Of a DNA stretch of 26,061 nucleotides, positions 1-7,421 are shown piece after piece. The position numbers and the translations under genes are program-made. Numbering within the stretch: position 1 is the stretch's first letter; each line of letters begins with the position of its first letter. The DNA is from Candidatus Zhuqueibacterota bacterium 4484_188. GTDB lineage: Bacteria > Calditrichota > Calditrichia > RBG-13-44-9. The DNA is taken from contig MVCZ01000001.1 in assembly GCA_002049825.1 (NCBI GenBank), forward strand, positions 1 to 26,061, in the 5' to 3' direction. Under the pieces are notes generated by a model. It did no database searches, was not told the DNA's origin, and saw only the letters and a list, made by a program, of their open reading frames with translations.

Positions 1-461
1 ATGGTAGAAAGCTCCGAATCCCACATGCGCCGACCGGTTTCCCAGTTCAGGAAATGGTAATAAAATCCGCGGTAGCCGGTTGCATCGGAATTTTCACTCT
101 GTTCTGATCCGAGAAAAAACTTGAGCAGGGTCAGCGTGCGCTCAGAGGCCTGTAATCTACGAACCCAGCCGTTTTCCGCTCCGGTTGCCCAGGCTACCAG
201 CCCAAAACCGGTAGTGGCAATGCTCGCCGGCGATTCCTCGGTAGAGCGGTCCCTCACCAGACCATTTTCCGGATTGGCTTCGTTCCAAAAATACCAGAAC
301 GTTTTCTCTTCCAAGTGGTGAAGAAACGCCGTGGGATTTTTGAGCGTACTGTCGGGAATCCAAGCAGAACCAGAACCAGGGGGTGACTGACTTTCCCGGG
401 AAGAGCAAGTTGAATTTGCCAGCAGCAACAAAAAAACAACCGGCAGCCAGTAAAACTTCAT
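1..461 (-). CDS. GH144-like 'glucoamylase family' protein (beta-1,2-glucanase-like), exported; N-terminal ~153 aa only, continues off the left edge
   Basis: Not in the ORF track because there is no stop inside the window. Hand translation from ATG 461: MKFYWLPVVFLLLLANSTCSSRESQSPPGSGSAWIPDSTLKNPTAFLHHLEEKTFWYFWNEANPENGLVRDRSTEESPASIATTGFGLVAWATGAENGWVRRLQASERTLTLLKFFLGSEQSENSDATGYRGFYYHFLNWETGRRMWDSELST. The motifs TFxYFW...NPxNGLVxDR, SIAxxGFGL, GxRGFYYHF and ELST match the GH144/DUF3131 N-terminus as I recall it. Hydrophobic signal peptide, possible lipid-modified Cys19. ATGA overlap with the GH94 stop (458-461). Confidence 0.85.
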   Translation of the reverse strand, partial: MKFYWLPVVFLLLLANSTCSSRESQSPPGSGSAWIPDSTLKNPTAFLHHLEEKTFWYFWNEANPENGLVRDRSTEESPASIATTGFGLVAWATGAENGWVRRLQASERTLTLLKFFLGSEQSENSDATGYRGFYYHFLNWETGRRMWDSELST

Positions 462-1924
462 AACCTGCGATTTCCTTCCCTGCCGGTTAGTGTTACTTCC
501 ACTGCGTAGCTTCCCGCTGGTTGCTGTGGAATGACATTGCCACTGATTGTTTTCCCGTTCAGGCGAATTTCCTTCACTCCACCGCATTGCTTTTCCGGAT
601 TTTTAATGGTAATGTGATATTCTGCCCCGCGAAATTTTCGCAGTATTTTGACCTGCGGCCATTCGGACAGAATGCAAGGGTCAATTTTCAGTCCTTCCTG
701 CACCGGCTTCAAACCTGCAATAGATTCGTACGCAATGGTCAGCAGCCAGGCGGCGGAACCGGTGTACCAGGTCCAGCCTGCCCGCCCGTAATAGGGTGAA
801 TCTTTCCCGTCGATGTTGCCCGGCAGCACATAGGGTTCCGCCACGTAACGATTGGCATCTTTGTGTACCTGAAGAATGGGATTCAGTTTGCGGAAATGTC
901 GCATGGCGTCCGCAGCCAGACCCATCTCTGCTAATGCCATTACTCCCCAGGTGGCGGCATGGGTGTACACCCCGCCGTTTTCCCGCAAACCGGGCGCATA
1001 ACGGGTAATGTAGCCCACGTTTTCGTCCGGTGTCTGGAATGCCGGATAAAGCAGTAGAAAGCCGTTATCGCCTTCCAGATGTTCAAGCATCGCCTGCACT
1101 ACCTGCTGCCGTCGCTCACCTACAGCCACGCCGGACAGAATAGCCCAGGTTTGTGCCATCAGGTAAATTTTGCATTCTTTAGCAGAAGGGTCGCCAATCG
1201 GTTTCCCGTCGTCTCGCGTGGCACCGGTGTACCACTGACCATTCCATGCCTCGCGGTTCAACGCTGCTTTCAACTTTTCGGCAGCATCGCAATATTTTTC
1301 TGCCAAATCGGGCTTTTGCTCCGGGCTGTGCCGGGACAACAATTCAGCCCAATCCAGCAAAATTCGGTACAAAAACATGCCCAGCCAAATGCTCTCCCCT
1401 TTCCAGTCCAGCCCCAGTGCGCTGAAACCGTCGCACCAGTCACCCTCGCCAATCAGGGGCAGCCCGCGGTCGCTGAACCGTTGCAGTGTCACCTCAATAG
1501 CTTTCAAGGCGTGCTCCTGCAGGGTTGCTTCTCCCCCATCATAAAAGGGGATTGTTTCGCTGAGTGCGGCAAAATTGGCAGTCTCTTGCAAATAGCGGTT
1601 TAACATAAATGGCAGCCACAGCAAATCATCGGACATGTTGGTGGCCAGCCCCTGCTCGGTAATCGGATGCCACCAGTGCAGCACGGTTCCTTTGCGAAAC
1701 TGGTGCCGGGCGTTAAACCGGATGTGCTCCAGCATTTTCTCCGGTGCGTGCAGCAGCCAAGCCTGGCTGGTTTGCAACTGGTCGCGGAAACCAAAGGCGC
1801 CGGACTGCTGGTAGTAGCCGCTGCGTGCCCACAGGTGCCCGGAATAGACCTGGTATTTCAACCAGATATTGGTCAGTAAATCAAATGCATCGTCCGGGGT
1901 TTCAATCACGCTTTGCCGGGTCAT
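458..1924 (-). CDS. GH94 C-terminal (alpha/alpha)6 catalytic fragment; homologous sequence extends upstream to about 1960
   Basis: 488-aa ORF with SGAFGFRDQLQ, GDWCDG (catalytic Asp region) and RENGGVYTH. In-frame upstream codons read SELQQVKDFWREM, so the ATG at 1924 is probably internal. Confidence 0.7.
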   Translation of the reverse strand: MTRQSVIETPDDAFDLLTNIWLKYQVYSGHLWARSGYYQQSGAFGFRDQLQTSQAWLLHAPEKMLEHIRFNARHQFRKGTVLHWWHPITEQGLATNMSDDLLWLPFMLNRYLQETANFAALSETIPFYDGGEATLQEHALKAIEVTLQRFSDRGLPLIGEGDWCDGFSALGLDWKGESIWLGMFLYRILLDWAELLSRHSPEQKPDLAEKYCDAAEKLKAALNREAWNGQWYTGATRDDGKPIGDPSAKECKIYLMAQTWAILSGVAVGERRQQVVQAMLEHLEGDNGFLLLYPAFQTPDENVGYITRYAPGLRENGGVYTHAATWGVMALAEMGLAADAMRHFRKLNPILQVHKDANRYVAEPYVLPGNIDGKDSPYYGRAGWTWYTGSAAWLLTIAYESIAGLKPVQEGLKIDPCILSEWPQVKILRKFRGAEYHITIKNPEKQCGGVKEIRLNGKTISGNVIPQQPAGSYAVEVTLTGREGNRRL

Positions 1925-2000
1925 CTCCCTCCAGAAATCTTTTACCTGCTGCAGTTCGCTCGGTATTTTTCGATGTACTGTTGAATTTTGCCGGTCATTT

Positions 2001-2840
2001 TCAGGCGACTGTTTTTTTCTGCCATGCCCAGGAGAAAAACCACTTGGTCCGGGAAAAAGTGCCGGTTTTAATACCGGCAGGATTGTGAAAACCGCCGTTG
2101 CGACCTATCAGAACATCCTTGCTGGTGTCCCAGCCGCTGACCGGTGTGCTGACCGCGTGGAAGGCAATAAACGGCCAGTCGGTGTTCCAGTGACCCCGTT
2201 TAGCTGGCACTTCCCAAAGGGTTTTGGTTGCCAGCAGGGTTTGCAAGGACTGGTGGTAGCTGGTTTCGATGAACAGTTTATGAAATTCACGGGTGTTGTC
2301 CGGGCCGGCGCCTAAGTTCCACTCGAAATAGGAAGCAAGCTGCAATCGGCGTGGTGTGTTGCCACTGTTTTTCAGTGTCACCAGCCAGATTTCCAGCGGT
2401 GCCTCCTTTGCGGGAAAAAGAATCCATTCACTGCTCAAACCGGAAAACTGCTGGACAAACGTGCTGTAGCCCAACCCGTGGTGCACCCGGTACACATCGT
2501 ACGCCACCTGCATGGGCTGGAACGCCAGCGACCGCAATTCACCGGAATCGAGGTCGCGCAGGTAGAGCCACTTGCCCCAGTCGTCTCGAATCAGGTCCTG
2601 GTTCCAGCGGGTCAGGCGGTTCAGGTTGACATCGGTTTTCCAGGAGAATCCACCTCCCGCCTGGGTAACCACTAAACCGTAATCACCGTTAGAAATAATA
2701 TTCGCCCAGGGGCGCGGTGTATCCGGCCTGGTCACAATAAATTCATAACCGTCGTCAGAAAAATGTCCGTACTTGTTTGTAAAAGAATCGTAGCGCGCCT
2801 TGTTCATCGGTGTGTATTTTTCCTTTCTGCTAAAATCCAA
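2001..2840 (-). CDS. GH94 N-terminal beta-sandwich fragment
   Basis: 279-aa ORF, GH94-like up to ...HNPAGIKTGTFSRT, then an out-of-frame tail (KWFFSWAWQKKTVA*). The start could alternatively be the ATG at 2807. Confidence 0.7.
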   Translation of the reverse strand: MDFSRKEKYTPMNKARYDSFTNKYGHFSDDGYEFIVTRPDTPRPWANIISNGDYGLVVTQAGGGFSWKTDVNLNRLTRWNQDLIRDDWGKWLYLRDLDSGELRSLAFQPMQVAYDVYRVHHGLGYSTFVQQFSGLSSEWILFPAKEAPLEIWLVTLKNSGNTPRRLQLASYFEWNLGAGPDNTREFHKLFIETSYHQSLQTLLATKTLWEVPAKRGHWNTDWPFIAFHAVSTPVSGWDTSKDVLIGRNGGFHNPAGIKTGTFSRTKWFFSWAWQKKTVA

Positions 2841-3840
2841 ATCCTAATGAAAACCGCTGTGTTTGCTCTAAAATTCCGTAGTCAGCCCATGCATAGTCAA
2901 AATGCAGAGAATAACCGGAGAGGTGGAAGCGCAGGCCAGCGCCCAGCACCAATCCGCCCTCGGCATCCTGCAAAAACATGTTTCGGTATCCGCTGCGCAG
3001 AGCAATATTGTCAAACAAAAGCCACTCGGCACCTATGTTCAGGCTTTCGCCGTTATCATTCGGGTGAATCGCATCTAATACCATAAGAAATTGGTTGGAT
3101 TCACTGAATTTGAGCGGAACGGAAAAACCGACCCTGAACATGGTGGGAAGCGGAAAAAACTCGGTGCGCAACTGCGCCGGTAACTGGTCATTGTCGCCAT
3201 GTTTTGCCTGATTAAAATCGTAATCGATGTACAAATCCCTTCCGTCATAGGCTGCCTGGGGACCAAAATTGGAGATACTGGCACCCATGGTGGGTCCCTG
3301 CGGTGACAATTGGTACTGCACCCCAAGATTCAGTGAAACGTCGGTCAGGCTGCTATGCCAGATGGATTCGCGCAGGTAGTTCAATTGCATTCCTACTGAA
3401 ATGCGATCGGTGAGCATGCGTCCGATGCCCAATCCCATGGAAAAAGCGGTAACGGTGTAGCGTTCCCCGGTGCCCAGCGGCTGGGATACCGTTCGCACAT
3501 CAATCTCGCCGGAATTTAGTGCAGTCACCTGCATGAGCAGCGTTCCCAGAGATGGTACCCTGATTGCCGCACTACCGAAATTGTACTGAATATCCGCCAG
3601 CCATTTGCTGTAGGTAAACTGCACCGACGATTTTTTCAGACGACCCAGACTGGCCGGGTTAAAAAAAGCGGTAGCCGCGGCACCACTCAGCGATGCGCCG
3701 GCGTTTCCTAATGCCGCCGTCCGGGCGTCCGGTTCTATTTTCAGCACCTGCCCGATGGTGGTGCCGGTTTTGCTTTGTCCCAATGCCAGTGTCACCATAT
3801 AAAGAAGGAGTATCAAAAAAATGAAAAAAGGGTTTCGCAT
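2830..3840 (-). CDS. PorV/PorQ-family (UPF0164-like) outer-membrane beta-barrel, cassette copy 2
   Basis: 336 aa with signal peptide. N-terminal GQVLKIEPDARTAALGNAG...AFFNPASL resembles the PorV family signature, followed by amphipathic beta-strands and a C-terminal RFSLGFGF with terminal Phe. Confidence 0.85.
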   Translation of the reverse strand: MRNPFFIFLILLLYMVTLALGQSKTGTTIGQVLKIEPDARTAALGNAGASLSGAAATAFFNPASLGRLKKSSVQFTYSKWLADIQYNFGSAAIRVPSLGTLLMQVTALNSGEIDVRTVSQPLGTGERYTVTAFSMGLGIGRMLTDRISVGMQLNYLRESIWHSSLTDVSLNLGVQYQLSPQGPTMGASISNFGPQAAYDGRDLYIDYDFNQAKHGDNDQLPAQLRTEFFPLPTMFRVGFSVPLKFSESNQFLMVLDAIHPNDNGESLNIGAEWLLFDNIALRSGYRNMFLQDAEGGLVLGAGLRFHLSGYSLHFDYAWADYGILEQTQRFSLGFGF

Positions 3841-4096
3841 TGTCTCTTCCGTAAAAATTGATTTTACATACCTTGTTTCATTCTTAACCGAATGAATAGG
3901 ATTTGCAAGAGAATTTGGATCAGCTTTCTAAGTTTCAGGTTCCCGGTTGGAAATTGTCAAATTCATTCAACACAGATATTAATTTTAACCCTGAACCTTT
4001 GAACCTTAAAACTCTGTAGTTTAAAAATCATTTTCATCCTGCCACGTCAGTGGCCCCTTCGGGGTTCTCCTGTCGAAAAAAAATCTTCTAAAAATA

Positions 4097-7000
4097 CTAC
4101 TTAATAATGGCAAATTTGCCAATATAGGTACCCACCTCCTTGCTATCCACATGGTAGAGATACAAACCGGGCGCCACCTCCAGGTTATCTTTGGTTCGCA
4201 AATCCCAGGCAACAAAGCCCTGGTTTGTTGAACCGTTTTGGTGAAGCGTCTGCACTAATTCGCCGTTAATGGTAAAAATCCGAATAGTGCACTGGCGGGG
4301 TAAATTGCGAAATTCAATCCGCCGTTCGCCCCTGCCGGAAACAGCAAACCGCTGCGGTTCGAAACTGGCAGCGCCGACGTAGGGATTGGGCACCACGTAC
4401 GGCTTTTCTAAAAACGCTGATTTTGCCTTTTGCGGATCCACAAATTGCCCGGTAGTTTTGAAGGAAAAAATATCTTTCCGGCCCAGCGGCACCTGCAGTT
4501 TCAGATGATACTCATCGCCATCTGCCGGCGGCTGAATGAGAATACCCATCATGCCGGTTGTGTCCAAGCTGATATTCCAGGTGGAACGCGGTACAGTCGG
4601 TTTGTCGCGCGTGTAGGTCAGCACCTCGATGTAATCTCCCGGCTGGCTGAGGGTGCCGGAAGTGTCGGTGTCCAGAAAACGGAAATCCAGTTGCAAATTG
4701 CCGGAATCTCCTTTGGCAATAATTTTGAATTTTGCCGGTTTGGCGTACAGCGGACCGATTCCGGCAATAGAGGTGTCCAACGGCTGATTGCTGAAAATAA
4801 TTTGCAGGTTTGCCGGAAAACCGGGCCGCCGCAGGTTGGTGGGCAGCGCCCTGGCATAGCGCACTTTCAGCCGGGCGTTGGTCGGGCTGCCGGCAGTAAA
4901 ACCGGAAATGAGCGTGTCGATTGAGACGACCTCAGGTGTAAAAATGTTGGGCAGAAGCCCCAGCCCCACAGGTCCGCCGCCAGAGCCGTCAAAAACCCGG
5001 CCGGTGGTAAACAGTGTGTCAGCCGTAGTAACATCGTACAATCCGTAGCTGGAAGCGCGCACGCTGTCTTCTAGGCTCTCAAAATGAATCTCAAAAGTGT
5101 GGTGGTCAGGCACCAGCTCCGGGTTTATTACCTCTACTTCCACGGTGCCAGTGCCGCTTCCGGCAATGTGTTCCACCGCGCTTGCCTGCGCCGGCACATA
5201 GCCCAATACCGGTCGGTTTGGGCGCACTTCCACTGCATTTTTGGGAAAAATAATACCGCCGCGCAGGGTCCGGCTGACCGCAATAGCATTTTCTGAAGGG
5301 TAAATTTCCAGTGAGTCCGAACCTTTGTCGTAAGCGGTGACCGCGTAATAGTAGAGCTGGCCGTTAGTGGCTGTGGTGTCTTTGAAAGTGTGCACAATGC
5401 CGGTATTTTCTCCCAGGAAGTAGGCAACGCCCTCCACGGTGGTTTGCGAAAAACCTTCGATATCGTCAATTAAGTCAAACTGGGCCAGCGGTCGCCCGTG
5501 TCCGATGGGTCCCGAGCCGGTGCCGGTGGTAATGACCTGCGGGTCGAGAAAAGTCGGGTCGGTACTGCGGTAAATGCGATAGCCTTCGAAATCGTTGGTG
5601 CTGGTCACCGGGTCAAAGGCGCGTTCGGCACGGTCGTCCCAGCTCAGGGTCACATAACCGTCACCCGTTGAAGCCTGCAGAGTGGGCATGGGCGGCGGGA
5701 CGGCAAACTGGTAATTAGCTTTATAAATTTGCTGAACCACCTTGGTGGTGTTGCGCAGTTCGCGCAAATCTTTTCCAAACCCCAGTGCCAGGCTAAAGCG
5801 CTCGGTGCGACCAGCCTCCAGTTTAAAGGGACCGGAGGCAAAAAAGAATCCGATATTGTAATTTTGCACCAGCGGCGGATCGAATGCCGAATCCTGGGAG
5901 GTGAATTTTTCGTACAGGCGCCGGGGCCACTGCCGACCGTCGTCAAAAAATACGATGTCATCAATGGCTGTGGAAGGCGAACCGGCACCGGCTCGAATAC
6001 GATTCATCTTAAAACCGGTCAGCCCAATCTGGTCGGATTCGTCCACATCCGTTTTATCGAAATTGGGTTCACCGCGGGTCGGCTTGCCGTCTTTCTCGCC
6101 GCTGTCTTTCTGATTCTCTTTTGAAGCAAAAACGCCATCGGCACCGGTGTCGTTAAATTCCGCCACCCAATCCATGTCTTCGTCACCGGTCCACCAGGAG
6201 CCGGCACGGTAAGCCGGGCGACGTTCCAACGGTCCAAAGAAATTTTTAAATTTCTGCATGTCGTAATGGGATTCCACGTAGGTGCGAATGGCATCCTGCC
6301 CATCGATGAGTTGCCCCGGACCGCTATCCCGCCGTTCATCGGTTACCCCGTTTTCATCGTTATCAATACCGTCAAAGGGATTGCCGGGGGTTTCAATGTA
6401 GGAATAACCTAAATAACCTGTGGGTCCCTGCACGCCATTTCCGTTTTTGTCCCAGGTGTACACCAGGTTCAGCCCGGCTTCTTTATCGAAAAAAGCATTG
6501 TCGTCGTCCGATTCCGGGATGCCATCCATCCCAATCGCCGAACCGCCAACGCCGGAATCCATGTAGAGTCCGAAAATAATGTTGTCGTCGTAAGTAGTGG
6601 TTCCTTCGTTGGTAATATCGTAGTGCCAGAAAATCACGTTTCCGGCCTGCGGATTTGCCCACTGGAAACCACGCTGTTCAATGCGCAGCCCAAGACCGTG
6701 CCGGGTGCTGTCACGGTAGTCGGAATGAAACAGCCAAGCGTCGTAAAAATCGTCGTCATACACAATAAAACTTTCCTGGTCAGCGCCAGGCGCTTTCCCG
6801 AAATAGCCATTCCAGGAACCGCTCCAGCCAGGGTCATCGGGATCGTTCAGTTTATCAATCCACTGGTCGGGCCAGGTGCGCGGGTCGTTGCTCATGGCAA
6901 CCGAACGTCCCTGGTTAATGACTGGGTCGGGCTGAAAATATCCCGGCCGCGGTTCAAAACGCATCACCCGGTTGTAGAAGGGGCTTATGCCCTGGCGCTC

Positions 7001-7357
7001 CCGGTAGCCGGTTTCCATAATGTAAGCGGGTGTACCGTCTTCCTGGATAATTTTTACCAGCACGAATGGAGTAATGCCGTCGCTGTAGTTCTCGCCGGAG
7101 CCCTTGGGCACTTCTACCGAGTGAAACACGCTGAAATCAACGCGCAGCGGGTCCGGCGGATAATCGCCCACCATGCCGTAATTGTAAAAAACGGTGCGGA
7201 TGCGGTTGGCGTCGTGCATGCCTTCCCGTTCAGCATCTACCCGCCCGCGAAGTTCCGGGGGAACCACCGGCTGCAGGTCCTGTGTCCAGCCATCGGCTGT
7301 TAAAACCAGTGCAAGTGCAACTGCCAGAAAAATATTTTTCAGATAAACAAATCGCAT
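4097..7357 (-). CDS. Uncharacterised ~1086-aa secreted protein (Asp-rich DxDxNG motif, FN3-like domain, atypical T9SS/FlgD-Ig-like CTD), cassette copy 2
   Basis: The ORF track starts at TTG 7372; ATG 7357 (MRFVYLKNIFLAVALALVLTADGWTQ) gives a cleaner signal peptide. Contains GIDNDENGVTDE, an FN3-like segment PPPMPTL..GDGYVTLSWD..FEGYRIYRS..YYYAVTAYD, and a C-terminal VVPNPY..RIEFRNLP..TIRIFTINGELVQTL..WDLRTKDNLEVAPGLYLYHV..GKFAIIK. Alignable by eye with 13409..16549. Confidence 0.9.
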   Translation of the reverse strand: MRFVYLKNIFLAVALALVLTADGWTQDLQPVVPPELRGRVDAEREGMHDANRIRTVFYNYGMVGDYPPDPLRVDFSVFHSVEVPKGSGENYSDGITPFVLVKIIQEDGTPAYIMETGYRERQGISPFYNRVMRFEPRPGYFQPDPVINQGRSVAMSNDPRTWPDQWIDKLNDPDDPGWSGSWNGYFGKAPGADQESFIVYDDDFYDAWLFHSDYRDSTRHGLGLRIEQRGFQWANPQAGNVIFWHYDITNEGTTTYDDNIIFGLYMDSGVGGSAIGMDGIPESDDDNAFFDKEAGLNLVYTWDKNGNGVQGPTGYLGYSYIETPGNPFDGIDNDENGVTDERRDSGPGQLIDGQDAIRTYVESHYDMQKFKNFFGPLERRPAYRAGSWWTGDEDMDWVAEFNDTGADGVFASKENQKDSGEKDGKPTRGEPNFDKTDVDESDQIGLTGFKMNRIRAGAGSPSTAIDDIVFFDDGRQWPRRLYEKFTSQDSAFDPPLVQNYNIGFFFASGPFKLEAGRTERFSLALGFGKDLRELRNTTKVVQQIYKANYQFAVPPPMPTLQASTGDGYVTLSWDDRAERAFDPVTSTNDFEGYRIYRSTDPTFLDPQVITTGTGSGPIGHGRPLAQFDLIDDIEGFSQTTVEGVAYFLGENTGIVHTFKDTTATNGQLYYYAVTAYDKGSDSLEIYPSENAIAVSRTLRGGIIFPKNAVEVRPNRPVLGYVPAQASAVEHIAGSGTGTVEVEVINPELVPDHHTFEIHFESLEDSVRASSYGLYDVTTADTLFTTGRVFDGSGGGPVGLGLLPNIFTPEVVSIDTLISGFTAGSPTNARLKVRYARALPTNLRRPGFPANLQIIFSNQPLDTSIAGIGPLYAKPAKFKIIAKGDSGNLQLDFRFLDTDTSGTLSQPGDYIEVLTYTRDKPTVPRSTWNISLDTTGMMGILIQPPADGDEYHLKLQVPLGRKDIFSFKTTGQFVDPQKAKSAFLEKPYVVPNPYVGAASFEPQRFAVSGRGERRIEFRNLPRQCTIRIFTINGELVQTLHQNGSTNQGFVAWDLRTKDNLEVAPGLYLYHVDSKEVGTYIGKFAIIK

Positions 7358-7421
7358 TTTAAAACATTCCAATTCTTCTCTTACATTTTATCATTTATCA
7401 AACGGTAGCTTTTTCTGTCAT

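Larger units (their letters stand above)
458..2840 (-). pseudogene. GH94 glycoside phosphorylase (cellobiose-phosphorylase-sized), disrupted by two frameshifting deletions at about 2046 and 1961; real pseudogene or assembly lesion
   Basis: N-part ORF 2001..2840 (YGxFSDDGYEFIVTRPDTPRPWANIISN, IGRNG) and C-part ORF 458..1924 (ETPD..NIWLKYQ, YYQQSGAFGFRDQLQ, GDWCDG, KGESIWL, RENGGVYTHAATW, GRAGWTWYTGSAAW) are in different frames. A third frame between them (2046-1960) reads QVVFLLGMAEKNSRLKMTGKIQQYIEKYR. No signal peptide. Confidence 0.85.

Noticed and set aside
157-439. Short minus-strand ORFs 157..408 and 254..439, and plus-strand ORF 121..321
   Set aside because: They are alternative frames of the real GH144-like gene that starts at 461.
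1955-2050. Programmed ribosomal frameshifting as the explanation for the split GH94
   Set aside because: It would need two successive -1 shifts and would still leave an apparently conserved segment missing; deletion or misassembly is simpler.
3932-3960. Perfect TTGACA (minus strand, 3960-3955) upstream of PorV 2
   Set aside because: No acceptable -10 hexamer at 16-18 bp spacing.
4051-4065. CCCC-TTC-GGGG mini hairpin after large protein 2
   Set aside because: Only a 4-bp stem and no U-tract on the coding strand; too weak to call a terminator.
6623-7303. 226-aa plus-strand ORF
   Set aside because: Lies entirely antisense to the well-supported large protein gene and has no recognisable motifs; a shadow ORF.
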